Virus record (IMG/VR): IMGVR_UViG_3300035208_001992
Source: a virus
Taxonomy: Duplodnaviria > Heunggongvirae > Uroviricota > Caudoviricetes
Strand: one strand, 5' to 3'
Length of the DNA: 64,000 nucleotides
Of this stretch, positions 26,616 to 35,946 are shown in pieces. The notes under the pieces are model-generated. The model did no database searches. It saw only the letters and a program-made list of their open reading frames with translations, and was not told where the DNA came from. Positions within the stretch are counted from its first letter, which is position 1. Every line of letters starts with the position of its first letter. The translations under genes and the position numbers were made by a program.

Positions 26616-27226
26616 AGCCTGAGCAATCATTACTTCGTGCGATTACTAACGTCAAGCCTGTGTCAAATAGAAGTGTCACTTGGTTGTCGCGTCATCGCCC
26701 ATCAGTTGCTTTTGCTTGTTGTATAGGCGCTGGCCCGTGGAAGATCGGCCGACGACGTAGCGTTCAGCAGTCATTTATTGACATGCTAAGAGACGATGAT
26801 ATCTCGTCAAACAGGGCACTTCGTAAATTGGAAACAGCTTCGCAGTTGTCATGGCAGTTTAGCTGGTTCAAGCGCGCAAACAACATTTGTCGTAAGCATC
26901 ATGTGCTGTTTGACGATGTGTTCGATGCCAGCAGATTAGATCGCCGATTAGCATTGGACAATTTCGAAGCAGTATTTGGTGCAGACGCGAACAATGTGCC
27001 AAAAGTTGTCGCTCTGTTTGCTCGCGACTATTTGTTTATACCATGTTTCCCAGTAGATCGTCACGTGCGGCGCTGGCTCGATGAACGCGGACTTCCGCGA
27101 CGTCCAAGAGACGTAGTTCAACTGTTCACAAACATCGGCATAGGCAATCCATCAGGATATTCACGTGCCATCTTCAATTCAAAAGCTCAAAATCCACTTT
27201 TCACTCCTACTAGGAGGCTAACATGA
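26612..27226 (+). CDS. HhH-GPD superfamily DNA glycosylase/AP lyase-like protein
   Basis: PKVVALFARD...FPVDRHVRRW keeps the Lys and Asp positions of the HhH-GPD active site; the HhH hairpin is degenerate. Confidence 0.6.
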   Translation: MKPEQSLLRAITNVKPVSNRSVTWLSRHRPSVAFACCIGAGPWKIGRRRSVQQSFIDMLRDDDISSNRALRKLETASQLSWQFSWFKRANNICRKHHVLFDDVFDASRLDRRLALDNFEAVFGADANNVPKVVALFARDYLFIPCFPVDRHVRRWLDERGLPRRPRDVVQLFTNIGIGNPSGYSRAIFNSKAQNPLFTPTRRLT

Positions 27227-27651
27227 AGTATCGTTTCAAAGTTGAGATCATGGATGATCTCGACGAACAAGGAACGGCTGGCTCAACACGCGTATATGTC
27301 GGTGACATCTCAATCTCTGAGCGTGACTTGATTCGCGCTATAGCAATGGTGATCGATCGCGTGCGTCAAGACGAACTTGCACTCTACATTTGCACGCGCA
27401 TGCAGAAAGGCGTTGCCGACATTATTGATGTTTTGCACGCTGTAGATGATGAATCACCTGCTGCAGTTGTTGAGCTCAATGGCAAAGCAGATCGGCACTA
27501 CCGTTGCATCGTTTCAGTCATTGATTGGACAACATGGTACTGCCTCCAAAGGCCGTCTACATCTGATCCTAGTGACATCGTTGAACTCAGCATCGTTGAA
27601 TCCAGCGATGACGACATTGAGAGAATACTTGAAGCAGTTGTAGGACGTTAA
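27223..27651 (+). CDS. Hypothetical protein
   Basis: AGGAGG RBS; coupled ORF. Confidence 0.7.
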   Translation: MKYRFKVEIMDDLDEQGTAGSTRVYVGDISISERDLIRAIAMVIDRVRQDELALYICTRMQKGVADIIDVLHAVDDESPAAVVELNGKADRHYRCIVSVIDWTTWYCLQRPSTSDPSDIVELSIVESSDDDIERILEAVVGR

Positions 27652-27667
27652 CATCCTGTAAACGAGC

Positions 27668-27680
27668 AAGTTTGTAAATA
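27668..27680 (+). promoter_or_regulatory. AASNTTGTAAATA motif
   Basis: AAGTTTGTAAATA, 71 nt before ATG 27752. Confidence 0.7.
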
Positions 27681-27751
27681 ATCACTGTTGCCGCTCGCGG
27701 CTTGAACACGTCAACAAGTCATTCATCATTCACCAAACAACTGGAGAACAA

Positions 27752-28795
27752 ATGTCCACTGAAAATCAGGCACAGGCCGAAAGCGCTGCACCAGACGAGA
27801 TCACCATCGATACGATCAAGGATCGGCTTGTTGGCACTGTGAAGCAGTTGCGCGCCATCCTCACCGACGCACAAACAGGCCTTGGCGAGATCCAAGTCAT
27901 CGCCGATGGCTTCGTTGCCTCAGGCAAGCCCGTGCAAGTCAAGTTCGGTGAACAGCTTCTCTCGCACATCGAGAAAGCGGCTGCAGTGCTCGACGTCGCT
28001 GCGTCGATCGACAACATCAAGCTCGCTTGGAGCGAGACTAAAGTGCTCGTCGCCGACATGGATTCCGAAATCAGCGACATCCGCGTGCTGTTCGAGCAGA
28101 TTTCGTCGGCTGCCGCTCGCAACCAGATCGCGTACGCTCGTCCGCTTTCGCCGATCTTCCCCGACTTCGTCGATGGCCAGTCCGACACGTTCGTGTGCCG
28201 CAATAACACGGACGCCGTCCGTTCGCGCATCAAGTTCATCATCGATGGTGGCGAGACCACTGGCGTTGCTGTGCTCACCATGCTCAAGACGGACTCGATC
28301 GGCATCGCTGGAATCAACACGTTCTACTTCTCGGACTTCTTCGAACTCTGCGACAGCGTGCACGGCCGCAAGCTTCAGCTTGCAGGCGGATCGCCCGACG
28401 GCGTCTTCGTTTACCGCGCTGTGATGCAGCTCGCGATCGACCTCGCTGACTCGCTGGTCTCGCAATTCGGCAGCCTCGACGACACCATCTTCCATGGCAA
28501 CACGCGTGGTGATGGCCTGCGCAACCACTCCGAAGAAATCGCTGACCCGGACAGCATCGTCGTTGTCGATTCGGAAGACAGCTTGGACGAAGCTACGGAT
28601 GTCGACGAAGACCCGGAGCCTAGAGTTGTCGATCCTGATGCTGGCGGTGCGTTCGAAGTCGATGCCAGCCTCGAAGAGTCCGCTGACGCAGCACCGGACG
28701 ACGTCGATCCAGCAACTGGCCTTTCCGACGATCTCGAATCTCCCGAAGCAGTCGACGAACTCAGCGACGCTTTCGGCAATCCCGTCGAAGCTTGA
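27752..28795 (+). CDS. Hypothetical, probably abundant protein with a long acidic C-terminal tail
   Basis: Own promoter motif, GGAG RBS and terminator; strong C-ending codon bias. Confidence 0.8.
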   Translation: MSTENQAQAESAAPDEITIDTIKDRLVGTVKQLRAILTDAQTGLGEIQVIADGFVASGKPVQVKFGEQLLSHIEKAAAVLDVAASIDNIKLAWSETKVLVADMDSEISDIRVLFEQISSAAARNQIAYARPLSPIFPDFVDGQSDTFVCRNNTDAVRSRIKFIIDGGETTGVAVLTMLKTDSIGIAGINTFYFSDFFELCDSVHGRKLQLAGGSPDGVFVYRAVMQLAIDLADSLVSQFGSLDDTIFHGNTRGDGLRNHSEEIADPDSIVVVDSEDSLDEATDVDEDPEPRVVDPDAGGAFEVDASLEESADAAPDDVDPATGLSDDLESPEAVDELSDAFGNPVEA

Positions 28796-28814
28796 GTCCA
28801 AGCTCGACTAACGT

Positions 28815-28847
28815 GGCCACCTGTGCAGAAATGTCAGGTGGCCTTTT
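28815..28847 (+). terminator. Rho-independent terminator
   Basis: GGCCACCTG-loop-CAGGTGGCC-TTTT. Confidence 0.8.
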
Positions 28848-28865
28848 CATCTTCAGAGGTTCACA

Positions 28866-29498
28866 ATGGATCGAATCGCAATTGTCGACTGTGAGACCGG
28901 CGGCCTTGTTGCTGGGCACCACACGCTGATCAGCGTTGCAGCTATGAAGGTCACTCAGGCCTATGACCCCATTGACTCTATCGAGCTGTTCATTCAATGG
29001 CCAGAATATGTGGTCACGCAGCGCGCAATGGAAGTCAACCGCATCGATATTGGCGATGCCAAGAACTGGCTTAAGCCACGCGATGCGGCGGAACGTCTCT
29101 TCGATTTTCTCGAGATTCCGCGCACTGCGTTAGACGGAGTCAAGAACGAGCGCGATCGCTGGCGTTTTGTAGGCAAGAATCCTGAGTTTGACAAGGGTTT
29201 CTTGAAGCACTTTCTTGGCGAAGTCGCTTATGACAGCGCGTTCATGCATTGGACTGAATGTGTCCTCAAAGACATGTACAATCCACTTGAACGGCTCAAG
29301 CTCGTTCCAGTACCGACGAAGCGATCACTTGGCGATCTTTGCAAAGTTCTCAAGATCGAAGTCGATGACACGAAGTTGCATGGCGCAGCATATGACGTGG
29401 AGATGACGCGACTTGTCGCAAAGAAGCTCTATGCCATTGAGCAACGCACTGCTCGAGACTTGGCAATCGTTCGTAAGCAGCGTGCCGTCACAACGTGA
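28866..29498 (+). CDS. DEDDh 3'-5' exonuclease (DnaQ-like)
   Basis: IVDCETGG, GKNPEFDKGFL, LHGAAYDV. Confidence 0.9.
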   Translation: MDRIAIVDCETGGLVAGHHTLISVAAMKVTQAYDPIDSIELFIQWPEYVVTQRAMEVNRIDIGDAKNWLKPRDAAERLFDFLEIPRTALDGVKNERDRWRFVGKNPEFDKGFLKHFLGEVAYDSAFMHWTECVLKDMYNPLERLKLVPVPTKRSLGDLCKVLKIEVDDTKLHGAAYDVEMTRLVAKKLYAIEQRTARDLAIVRKQRAVTT

Positions 29499-30142
29499 AC
29501 ATCTTTGCGCTGCACCATGATCCGGAGCAATGCGCAAAGTGGTACGTTGATCGTCACATTGTAAAGATGATCAATGAGAGTGCACAGCTGCTTTCAAACG
29601 CTGTGCACTTCCATACGCATCGCATAATAGCTAACAGCAATGGCAGCTTGATTTTGGCAAAGCCAGTTCTAGTATCATTGCCTAAGCCAACGCATTACAA
29701 TCACAAGTGTTCGATATGGACGATGCAATCTGGCGCCAACTTCAAGTGGCTCACCGAATTGCTCTCCGCGTTGCTATCGGAGTACACGTACCGGTACGAG
29801 CGCATTCACAAATACCAACGATTCCTAAAGACCTTCTCACAACATGCTGAACGTTTAGCACCTGGGCAATTGACGCCTTGGGCTCAGGCAATGCCAGCGT
29901 TCATGCAGTCCGATTCACCAAATTTTGTCCAAGTCATCGACAGCTATCGCAAGTACTATGCATGGTACAAATGGCATCTATGGCGTTGGAAGAACAGGAA
30001 GCCTCCAACATGGTTGACCGACAACAGTCATTGGCCACCATCTCCAAAATATGCCATCGATCGAAGACAATTTCACGCGAAGATGAGGCGAAGCTGGTTG
30101 CGGAAGCGCAACAAGGCGACAACAAAGCGCGTGGCAAATTAG
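29495..30142 (+). CDS. denV: Pyrimidine-dimer DNA glycosylase family (T4 endonuclease V-like)
   Basis: MNIFAL..DP..CA....DRHIVKMINESAQLLS, THYNHKC..W, AMP, YRKYY, WKNRKPP.W. Confidence 0.85.
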   Translation: MNIFALHHDPEQCAKWYVDRHIVKMINESAQLLSNAVHFHTHRIIANSNGSLILAKPVLVSLPKPTHYNHKCSIWTMQSGANFKWLTELLSALLSEYTYRYERIHKYQRFLKTFSQHAERLAPGQLTPWAQAMPAFMQSDSPNFVQVIDSYRKYYAWYKWHLWRWKNRKPPTWLTDNSHWPPSPKYAIDRRQFHAKMRRSWLRKRNKATTKRVAN

Positions 30143-30855
30143 TAAACGCTAACTTGCGATTCATCTATTCAGTTGCCTGCAAATTCATGAGTCCCATGGA
30201 CGAGCGATTTCCAGATGTATTTCAAGTTGGTTGCATGGGATTCATCACTGCAATCGAGCGCTTTGATCTAAACCGCGAGTTTAAGCTCATCAGTTACGCA
30301 GTTTGGTGGATCAGGCAAAGTATCACGTTCTATTTGAACAGTGACAACTTGATTCATATTCCGCAGAACTTGGTGTTAGCAAATCAGCAATATCGGAAGA
30401 AGCACAAGCGTCAGATTTCAGAAGGAACGCTTCCGCCGACCCTGCCGAACATTCCACGCGTTGTCAAGATTGACATGCAGCCATCGAGTCCATTAGACAG
30501 CTCGGACGTCAACGGCCAAGAGAACGCAGCGGTTATTGCTGCAATTCAACGCGCTGAATCAACGAATTTCGTGAGTCCAGAGCAAGAGCAAGTAGACAGT
30601 GACAAAGAACGAATGATTGAACAATGGCTTGGTTCAGTACTAGACACGCGCGAGAGACAAGTGCTGACATGCTACTTTGGTCTTGCTGATAACAATCAAT
30701 GGACACTGCAGGAGATTGGTAACGCGTTCAACATCTCACGCGAGCGCGTCCGTCAAATTCGTGATTTTGCTCTAAAGAAAATTCGTGCTAGAGTCGAGCT
30801 TCAAACACATAAAAACGCTAACCTGAAGCACGAAATGCTTCAATCAGGAGAATGA
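30010..30855 (+). CDS. RNA polymerase sigma-70 factor (regions 1.2, 2 and 4; start approximate)
   Basis: EDEAKL..AQQGD.KAR.KLVNANLRF, AIERFD...FKLISYAVWWIRQSI, LDTRERQVL..YFGL, TLQEIG..FNISRERVRQI. Confidence 0.92.
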   Translation: MVDRQQSLATISKICHRSKTISREDEAKLVAEAQQGDNKARGKLVNANLRFIYSVACKFMSPMDERFPDVFQVGCMGFITAIERFDLNREFKLISYAVWWIRQSITFYLNSDNLIHIPQNLVLANQQYRKKHKRQISEGTLPPTLPNIPRVVKIDMQPSSPLDSSDVNGQENAAVIAAIQRAESTNFVSPEQEQVDSDKERMIEQWLGSVLDTRERQVLTCYFGLADNNQWTLQEIGNAFNISRERVRQIRDFALKKIRARVELQTHKNANLKHEMLQSGE

Positions 30856-31172
30856 AGATGCAATCACCAGACACTGCTGCCAATTTCGCTGCAACGCTTG
30901 CCGACAACGCTGTCGACATCAACGAAGCTGCTGAAGCGCTTGTTGCTGGCGCAGAAGCAACCAGTGCAGATGAAGCAGGACAGGCAGCATTCGATTCACA
31001 GCTTGCAATGGCCATGCTGAACAAAGGCATGATGCGCGGAGCCAAACGCGCAATGCGTAAAGCCGACTTGAACAGGCTTGTCAATCGCAACATCAGTCTC
31101 CAAAAGGAGAAAGATGATCGGCGCAGAGCGAACAAGCAGGCAAAGGCATCCAAGAAGAGGAATCGCAAATGA
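30852..31172 (+). CDS. Hypothetical protein (acidic N-terminus, basic C-terminus)
   Basis: AGGAG RBS; coupled ORF. Confidence 0.6.
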   Translation: MKMQSPDTAANFAATLADNAVDINEAAEALVAGAEATSADEAGQAAFDSQLAMAMLNKGMMRGAKRAMRKADLNRLVNRNISLQKEKDDRRRANKQAKASKKRNRK

Positions 31173-31843
31173 CTGAGTCAAGACTACAGCGGTTGCAATG
31201 CATACTGAACGAAGCGAGGGTATCAGATCACGAATTGACTGTGACTGCTGATCTTCTCGCTAACATGTCCGAAGTTCATCAACCACTCAGCCGGACATTT
31301 GGCGACAAATTCGATTGGGAGATCAAGAAGGCCACAGCGTTCCTCAAGTTCGCTGCTTGCATGGCCTACCTCAACAGCAAAGACCCGTCATCGCGCGTTG
31401 GTGGATTGCTTGTACGTCCTGACTTCAGCGTCGCGTCGACTGGCTACAACGGAATGCCACGCGGAATTCCAGATACCCCAGAGAACTGGGGTCCAGACAA
31501 GTACGACTTGGTTGTGCACGCTGAAAAGAATGCGATCGCGCATTGCCACGTCGATACTGAAGGCCTTTACCTGATTTGCAATCTGTATCCGTGCCACATC
31601 TGTGCTGGTATCATCAGTCAGTCTGGCGTCAAGCGCATCTTCTACTCTGCGTCGAAGCGACACGATTCAAGTTGCAGCAACGGTCATGTGCACATTGGTC
31701 ACAAGCCACACATCGCTGACAAGATCTTCGATGCAGCTGGGATCAAGCGTATTCGCATTCCAGGAATCGTTTTCGTCGAAGGTGACATCGTTTTCAAATC
31801 GGCATCATGGGACACAGTTGCTAACAGTGAGGCAGCAGTATGA
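31169..31843 (+). CDS. dCMP deaminase
   Basis: SKDPSSRVGG, STGYNGMPRG, VHAEKNAI, PCHICA. Confidence 0.92.
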   Translation: MTESRLQRLQCILNEARVSDHELTVTADLLANMSEVHQPLSRTFGDKFDWEIKKATAFLKFAACMAYLNSKDPSSRVGGLLVRPDFSVASTGYNGMPRGIPDTPENWGPDKYDLVVHAEKNAIAHCHVDTEGLYLICNLYPCHICAGIISQSGVKRIFYSASKRHDSSCSNGHVHIGHKPHIADKIFDAAGIKRIRIPGIVFVEGDIVFKSASWDTVANSEAAV

Positions 31844-32373
31844 GACATCCTCAATCAAAGCGACCACCTGTTGCTCCACCTCCCAAATTGCGAAGGTCAA
31901 GACCAGAGCTTGTCAAAGTCACAGTCGAACGCCCACCGCGAAAGGAAATACCGGTCGAGCGACAACCTCGGAAAGCAATACCAATCGAGGATCCACGACA
32001 GAAGCAGCGAGGCTGGTCTGAAAAGACGCGTCTTGCAGTTCTTCGTGTTGAGCCGGAGCCACAGCGAGCTAACAAGAAAGTCGACACAACTCCGCCATGG
32101 CCGTTTCCACGTCGTGAAGTCACGATCAAGTCTTCTGAATGGCAAGTGTTGTGGAAGAAGATCAGAGACAAAACAGCCCGCGATCTTGAGCGCGACAACA
32201 ACGTAGCTCAAGAAACGATCAAGGCTCTTCTTGATGAACGCGATGAGCTTCGAGCGCAGGTCAACGACGCATCCAGCACAGTCGACACCATCGCACTCGC
32301 GTTGACAGCGCAGTTGGCAACGCTGAACAATCTTGTCAAACAAGTCAACGACATCAAAATCGCACGCGTCTAG
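31840..32373 (+). CDS. Hypothetical protein (Pro/Arg-rich N-terminus, coiled-coil C-terminus)
   Basis: GAGG RBS; coupled ORF. Confidence 0.6.
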   Translation: MRHPQSKRPPVAPPPKLRRSRPELVKVTVERPPRKEIPVERQPRKAIPIEDPRQKQRGWSEKTRLAVLRVEPEPQRANKKVDTTPPWPFPRREVTIKSSEWQVLWKKIRDKTARDLERDNNVAQETIKALLDERDELRAQVNDASSTVDTIALALTAQLATLNNLVKQVNDIKIARV

Positions 32374-32397
32374 TTCTAAAGCGTTCAGCTAAATAAG

Positions 32398-32466
32398 AAG
32401 CTGGGTCAATTGACCCGGCTTTCTTTGTATTCTTCAAGCCTCGTCGGTGATCCGGCGGGGCTTTTT
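32398..32466 (+). terminator. Two tandem rho-independent terminators before the head module
   Basis: AAGCTGGGTCA-AT-TGACCCGGCTTTCTTT and AGCCTCGTCGG-TGAT-CCGGCGGGGCTTTTTT. Confidence 0.85.
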
Positions 32467-32569
32467 TGTGTTTTGCACGGTGCAACTAACTCAACATTTT
32501 AGGCAAACACTACTTAAATCGTATCAGAGCGGCAGAGGCCAAAGACGTCTCACCAAGAGGGTACTTGCA

Positions 32570-33367
32570 ATGTCATTCCCTACATCCAGGTTCTTGGACT
32601 ACGATCTAGCGAATTTCGTTGCTGGTTCGGTCGCAAGCACTGAGGGCAAAATCATCGAGGGCCACAAGTTGTTCGGCCGACTCGACAGCGCACGTCAGCG
32701 AGCTCGCACGCCAGTCCAAGTGACTGCTGCGGATCACGGTGGCGCTGGCAATTTCGATTCACGCATCATCGACACAAGCTGGCTCGAAGCAGCGTCAGAG
32801 ACATACAAGATCTCGAATCGCTTAGAAGACTTCGTCATCAGCGACGTTCCCATTCTAACAGCATCGATTCCGAACAAGAACATGCAGGCTTTCACTGAGA
32901 AAGAACTGCTATACTTCGATCCGATGCTGCACAACATGGTGTTCAAGACATTCGTCCGTTCAGCAATGCACTTCGAGCACGACAACCGTGATCCTCTGAA
33001 GGCAAAGGGCTGCATCTTCGACGCGGTGTTCATTCCTGTTCCAAAGTACGGTCTAGCAAAGGTTTCAATCCTCATTGGTTGCGACCGTACTAAGGATCCT
33101 GATCTCGCCAAAGACATTCTGACACGCAAGCGCACTGGCTGGTCCATGGGCGCGATCGTCAAAGCCTTCGTTGATTCGATCACTGGACAAGTGGTCTCGC
33201 AAGATGGCGGCGAATACAAGCGTGGCACGATGGTCCAGGTTGGAGATGAAGTCAAGCTGTGCTACCACCTCTGCACAGGCTCTAACTTCTTCGAAACCTC
33301 GACAGTGGCAAACCCCGCTGATGTCACAGCCCACGGATTCATGATGGGTATGTTGACTTCGGTCTAA
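32570..33367 (+). CDS. Prohead (capsid maturation) protease
   Basis: His in HFEHD, Ser in GWSMGA, C-terminal FETSTVANPAD (ExSxVxxPA); first gene of the head module; GAGG RBS. Confidence 0.75.
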   Translation: MSFPTSRFLDYDLANFVAGSVASTEGKIIEGHKLFGRLDSARQRARTPVQVTAADHGGAGNFDSRIIDTSWLEAASETYKISNRLEDFVISDVPILTASIPNKNMQAFTEKELLYFDPMLHNMVFKTFVRSAMHFEHDNRDPLKAKGCIFDAVFIPVPKYGLAKVSILIGCDRTKDPDLAKDILTRKRTGWSMGAIVKAFVDSITGQVVSQDGGEYKRGTMVQVGDEVKLCYHLCTGSNFFETSTVANPADVTAHGFMMGMLTSV

Positions 33368-33416
33368 TCACAAACAACAAGTCACAAACTACAACACGCA
33401 ATCAGGAGAAACTGAA

Positions 33417-35039
33417 ATGAGCAACAAGAAGACACGCAGCCTTCTCGACGCAGCATTCGAAGAGTTCGAGCGCGCCGAGGCCAGCGACAGCCTCGAAACA
33501 ACCACTGCTGACGACGGGCTCGATGGGCTCGATCTCGAAGGCGAAGGCGAATTCTCCCTTGACGACGGCGAAGGTGCCGGCGAAGGTGAAGGCGAGAGCG
33601 AAGGCGAAGGCGAAGGCTCTGGTTTTGAAGGTTCCGACGACTCCGATCTCGGCACTTCCGACGAAGGCGGAGAAGGCGAGTTCTCCCTGGAAGACAACGA
33701 CGGCGAAGGTGAAGGCGAGGACGCCGAAGGAGAAGACGATCTCGGCGGCGAGTTCAGCGCTGATGATTCAGAAGACTCTGAAGACGCAGAAGACGCAGAA
33801 GGTGCATACGCATCTGTCGAAGAGATCGAAGCCGAGTTCGAGGCTATCGCCAAGGAGCAGGGTCTAGACCGTCTGCCCGAAGGTGTTACTGCCGCTGCCG
33901 CAATCGACTTCCTGCTCGACAACGGTGCCATCTGGGAACTCCGCCCAATCGAAGCTTCCGAGAGCTATGCACGCCGTCGGGCTGTTGCTGCGTTCGACGA
34001 AGACGTCGAAGGTGGCGAAGAGGGCGAAGAGGGCGTCGAGTCTCCAGTGCTTGACGACGATGAAGAAATGTCCGCTCAGCTATCTCCAGTCACAAACGAG
34101 GGTGCAATGGGCGCTGATGAAGACGATGGAATCGACCTCGGCGACGAGCCCACCGATCTCGGCGACATCGACGAAGGCGCTGAAGGCGCTGAGAGCTGCG
34201 AAGCAACTGCTTCCGTCAGCACCGAGACCAACTATCATCCAGTCGCTGACACCGAGCTGATCGCCACCGCGGCTGTTCAGGACGTGCAGATGGTGCTCAC
34301 GAATGGCGAGGATCCTCGCTGGAACTTCATCATCGCCGGCGTGCCTGCTGCGTTCATCAGCCTCTCGAACATCGAGAACGGTGAAGCAGTTCGCAATGGC
34401 TTCGTGTCTCAGCAGTACTGCGACAGCATCGTTTCCGCGATGTCGAAGCTAGGCGTTGCCGCTGTCCTCGAGCAGAACGGCGCTCAGTTCTACGCAAACG
34501 AAGTCATGGCTTCGGACCTGGCCACGTCGATTCGCGCAAGCGTCGCTGACGAGCTTTCGGGTGAGTTCACCAGCCGCGTCGTCGCTCTCCGCGAAGACTT
34601 CCTGGATCGCGCTAACCTGGTCGCTGCCGGCGTCTCGAAGGGCTACTTCACATCGCTGCCAAACGCGCTCTTCACCAAGGCTCGCGAAGTTCTCGCGAAC
34701 TACGGTGTGCGCGACGCAGACGCTGCCGCCATGGCAATCGCAGCCGCTGCTCCCGAGTTCTTCTCGGTCATTGCAGAGAAGGCCGCGTCGCTCATGGACA
34801 AGAGCCCAGAGACTCTCGCCGACCTTCGCGAGAACATCGAGGACTCCGCGCCAAGGACTCCGGTCACAGCCAGCGCTCCTGCAGCCAGCATGTCGCTTGC
34901 CAGCCGTCTTGCAGATCAGACTCTGACCAACCCGGCTCCAACGCCTGTCCAAGCATCAACCACAGCACCAGTCGGCACTGTCGACCTGAGCCGCTTGGTT
35001 GGACGCCTCGGACAGCGTAGCGGAACAGGCCGTCGCTAA
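33417..35039 (+). CDS. Probable head scaffolding protein with a very acidic, low-complexity N-terminus
   Basis: Lies between the protease and capsid genes; E/D/G-rich then helical; AGGAG RBS; C-biased codons. Confidence 0.65.
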   Translation: MSNKKTRSLLDAAFEEFERAEASDSLETTTADDGLDGLDLEGEGEFSLDDGEGAGEGEGESEGEGEGSGFEGSDDSDLGTSDEGGEGEFSLEDNDGEGEGEDAEGEDDLGGEFSADDSEDSEDAEDAEGAYASVEEIEAEFEAIAKEQGLDRLPEGVTAAAAIDFLLDNGAIWELRPIEASESYARRRAVAAFDEDVEGGEEGEEGVESPVLDDDEEMSAQLSPVTNEGAMGADEDDGIDLGDEPTDLGDIDEGAEGAESCEATASVSTETNYHPVADTELIATAAVQDVQMVLTNGEDPRWNFIIAGVPAAFISLSNIENGEAVRNGFVSQQYCDSIVSAMSKLGVAAVLEQNGAQFYANEVMASDLATSIRASVADELSGEFTSRVVALREDFLDRANLVAAGVSKGYFTSLPNALFTKAREVLANYGVRDADAAAMAIAAAAPEFFSVIAEKAASLMDKSPETLADLRENIEDSAPRTPVTASAPAASMSLASRLADQTLTNPAPTPVQASTTAPVGTVDLSRLVGRLGQRSGTGRR

Positions 35040-35057
35040 GTCAGACAATAATGGTTT

Positions 35058-35091
35058 GGGCGGGAAGGTCCAGTGACTCTCCCGCCCTTTT
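35058..35091 (+). terminator. Rho-independent terminator-like hairpin inside the head module
   Basis: GGGCGGGA-loop-TCCCGCCC-TTTT. Confidence 0.7.
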
Positions 35092-35158
35092 GCCGTATCA
35101 ACTTAATCAACTAACAAAACAGCAAAACTGGGAAAACATCCACTAGGAGAAAAACGAC

Positions 35159-35881
35159 ATGTCGTTCGATCTCACACGTACCAAGTACTTCTACACCAAG
35201 GAAGTGCCCGTCGCCCCAACTGAGACTGTCGAGCACGAAGGTGCCGTCATCAAGGGCATTCTGGTTGCTGGCGAAGAGGCCGGCAAACTGACCGAAGGCA
35301 CATCGAACGCTGAGTCGATCATCGGCTTCAGCGAAAACAGCAACCTCATCGAATCGCAGCGCATCGCGTTCGAGACCGGCGCAGTTCCTGCTGCTGGTGC
35401 CTACACGCTTCAGCTCGCTCATGGCGACATCGTCTCCGGCCAAATCCGCGTGTACGATGCCACCAACGCAGTCGAACTGACTGTGATCACCACAGGCAAC
35501 CCTGCAGCCGGCGAAGTGCTGGTTAGCTTGGTGTCGGGTCTGCTCACGTTCAACGTGGCCAAGGCCGGCGTTGCACTGCAGATTCGCTACAAGTACAACC
35601 TCAGCCAGACCGAATCGACCCTGTTCAACGGCGAGCGCCCAGTCAACGCGAAGGCGAACACCGCTCAGAACACGATCACTGTGATCCGTGGCCACGGCGA
35701 GCTCTACACCGACCAGTACGACGTGACCAAGGACTTCTCCGCGGTCGTTGGAAACGTATTCGCTGGTGCGAATGGCATCATCACGACCGACAACGCCAAG
35801 ACTCCGATCGCCGGATCTCGCGTTGTTCACGTGCCGACCGCCGCCGACCGCTACCTCGGAATTGCGTTCGACCTGGCCTAA
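35159..35881 (+). CDS. Probable head decoration/cement protein
   Basis: Beta-rich; directly upstream of the capsid gene; AGGAG RBS; high-expression codon bias. Confidence 0.6.
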   Translation: MSFDLTRTKYFYTKEVPVAPTETVEHEGAVIKGILVAGEEAGKLTEGTSNAESIIGFSENSNLIESQRIAFETGAVPAAGAYTLQLAHGDIVSGQIRVYDATNAVELTVITTGNPAAGEVLVSLVSGLLTFNVAKAGVALQIRYKYNLSQTESTLFNGERPVNAKANTAQNTITVIRGHGELYTDQYDVTKDFSAVVGNVFAGANGIITTDNAKTPIAGSRVVHVPTAADRYLGIAFDLA

Positions 35882-35946
35882 CAGCCATTTTCGAACCAGA
35901 TCCGATAAGAACAAACTGATCACAATCATCACGGAGACAAGAACAA

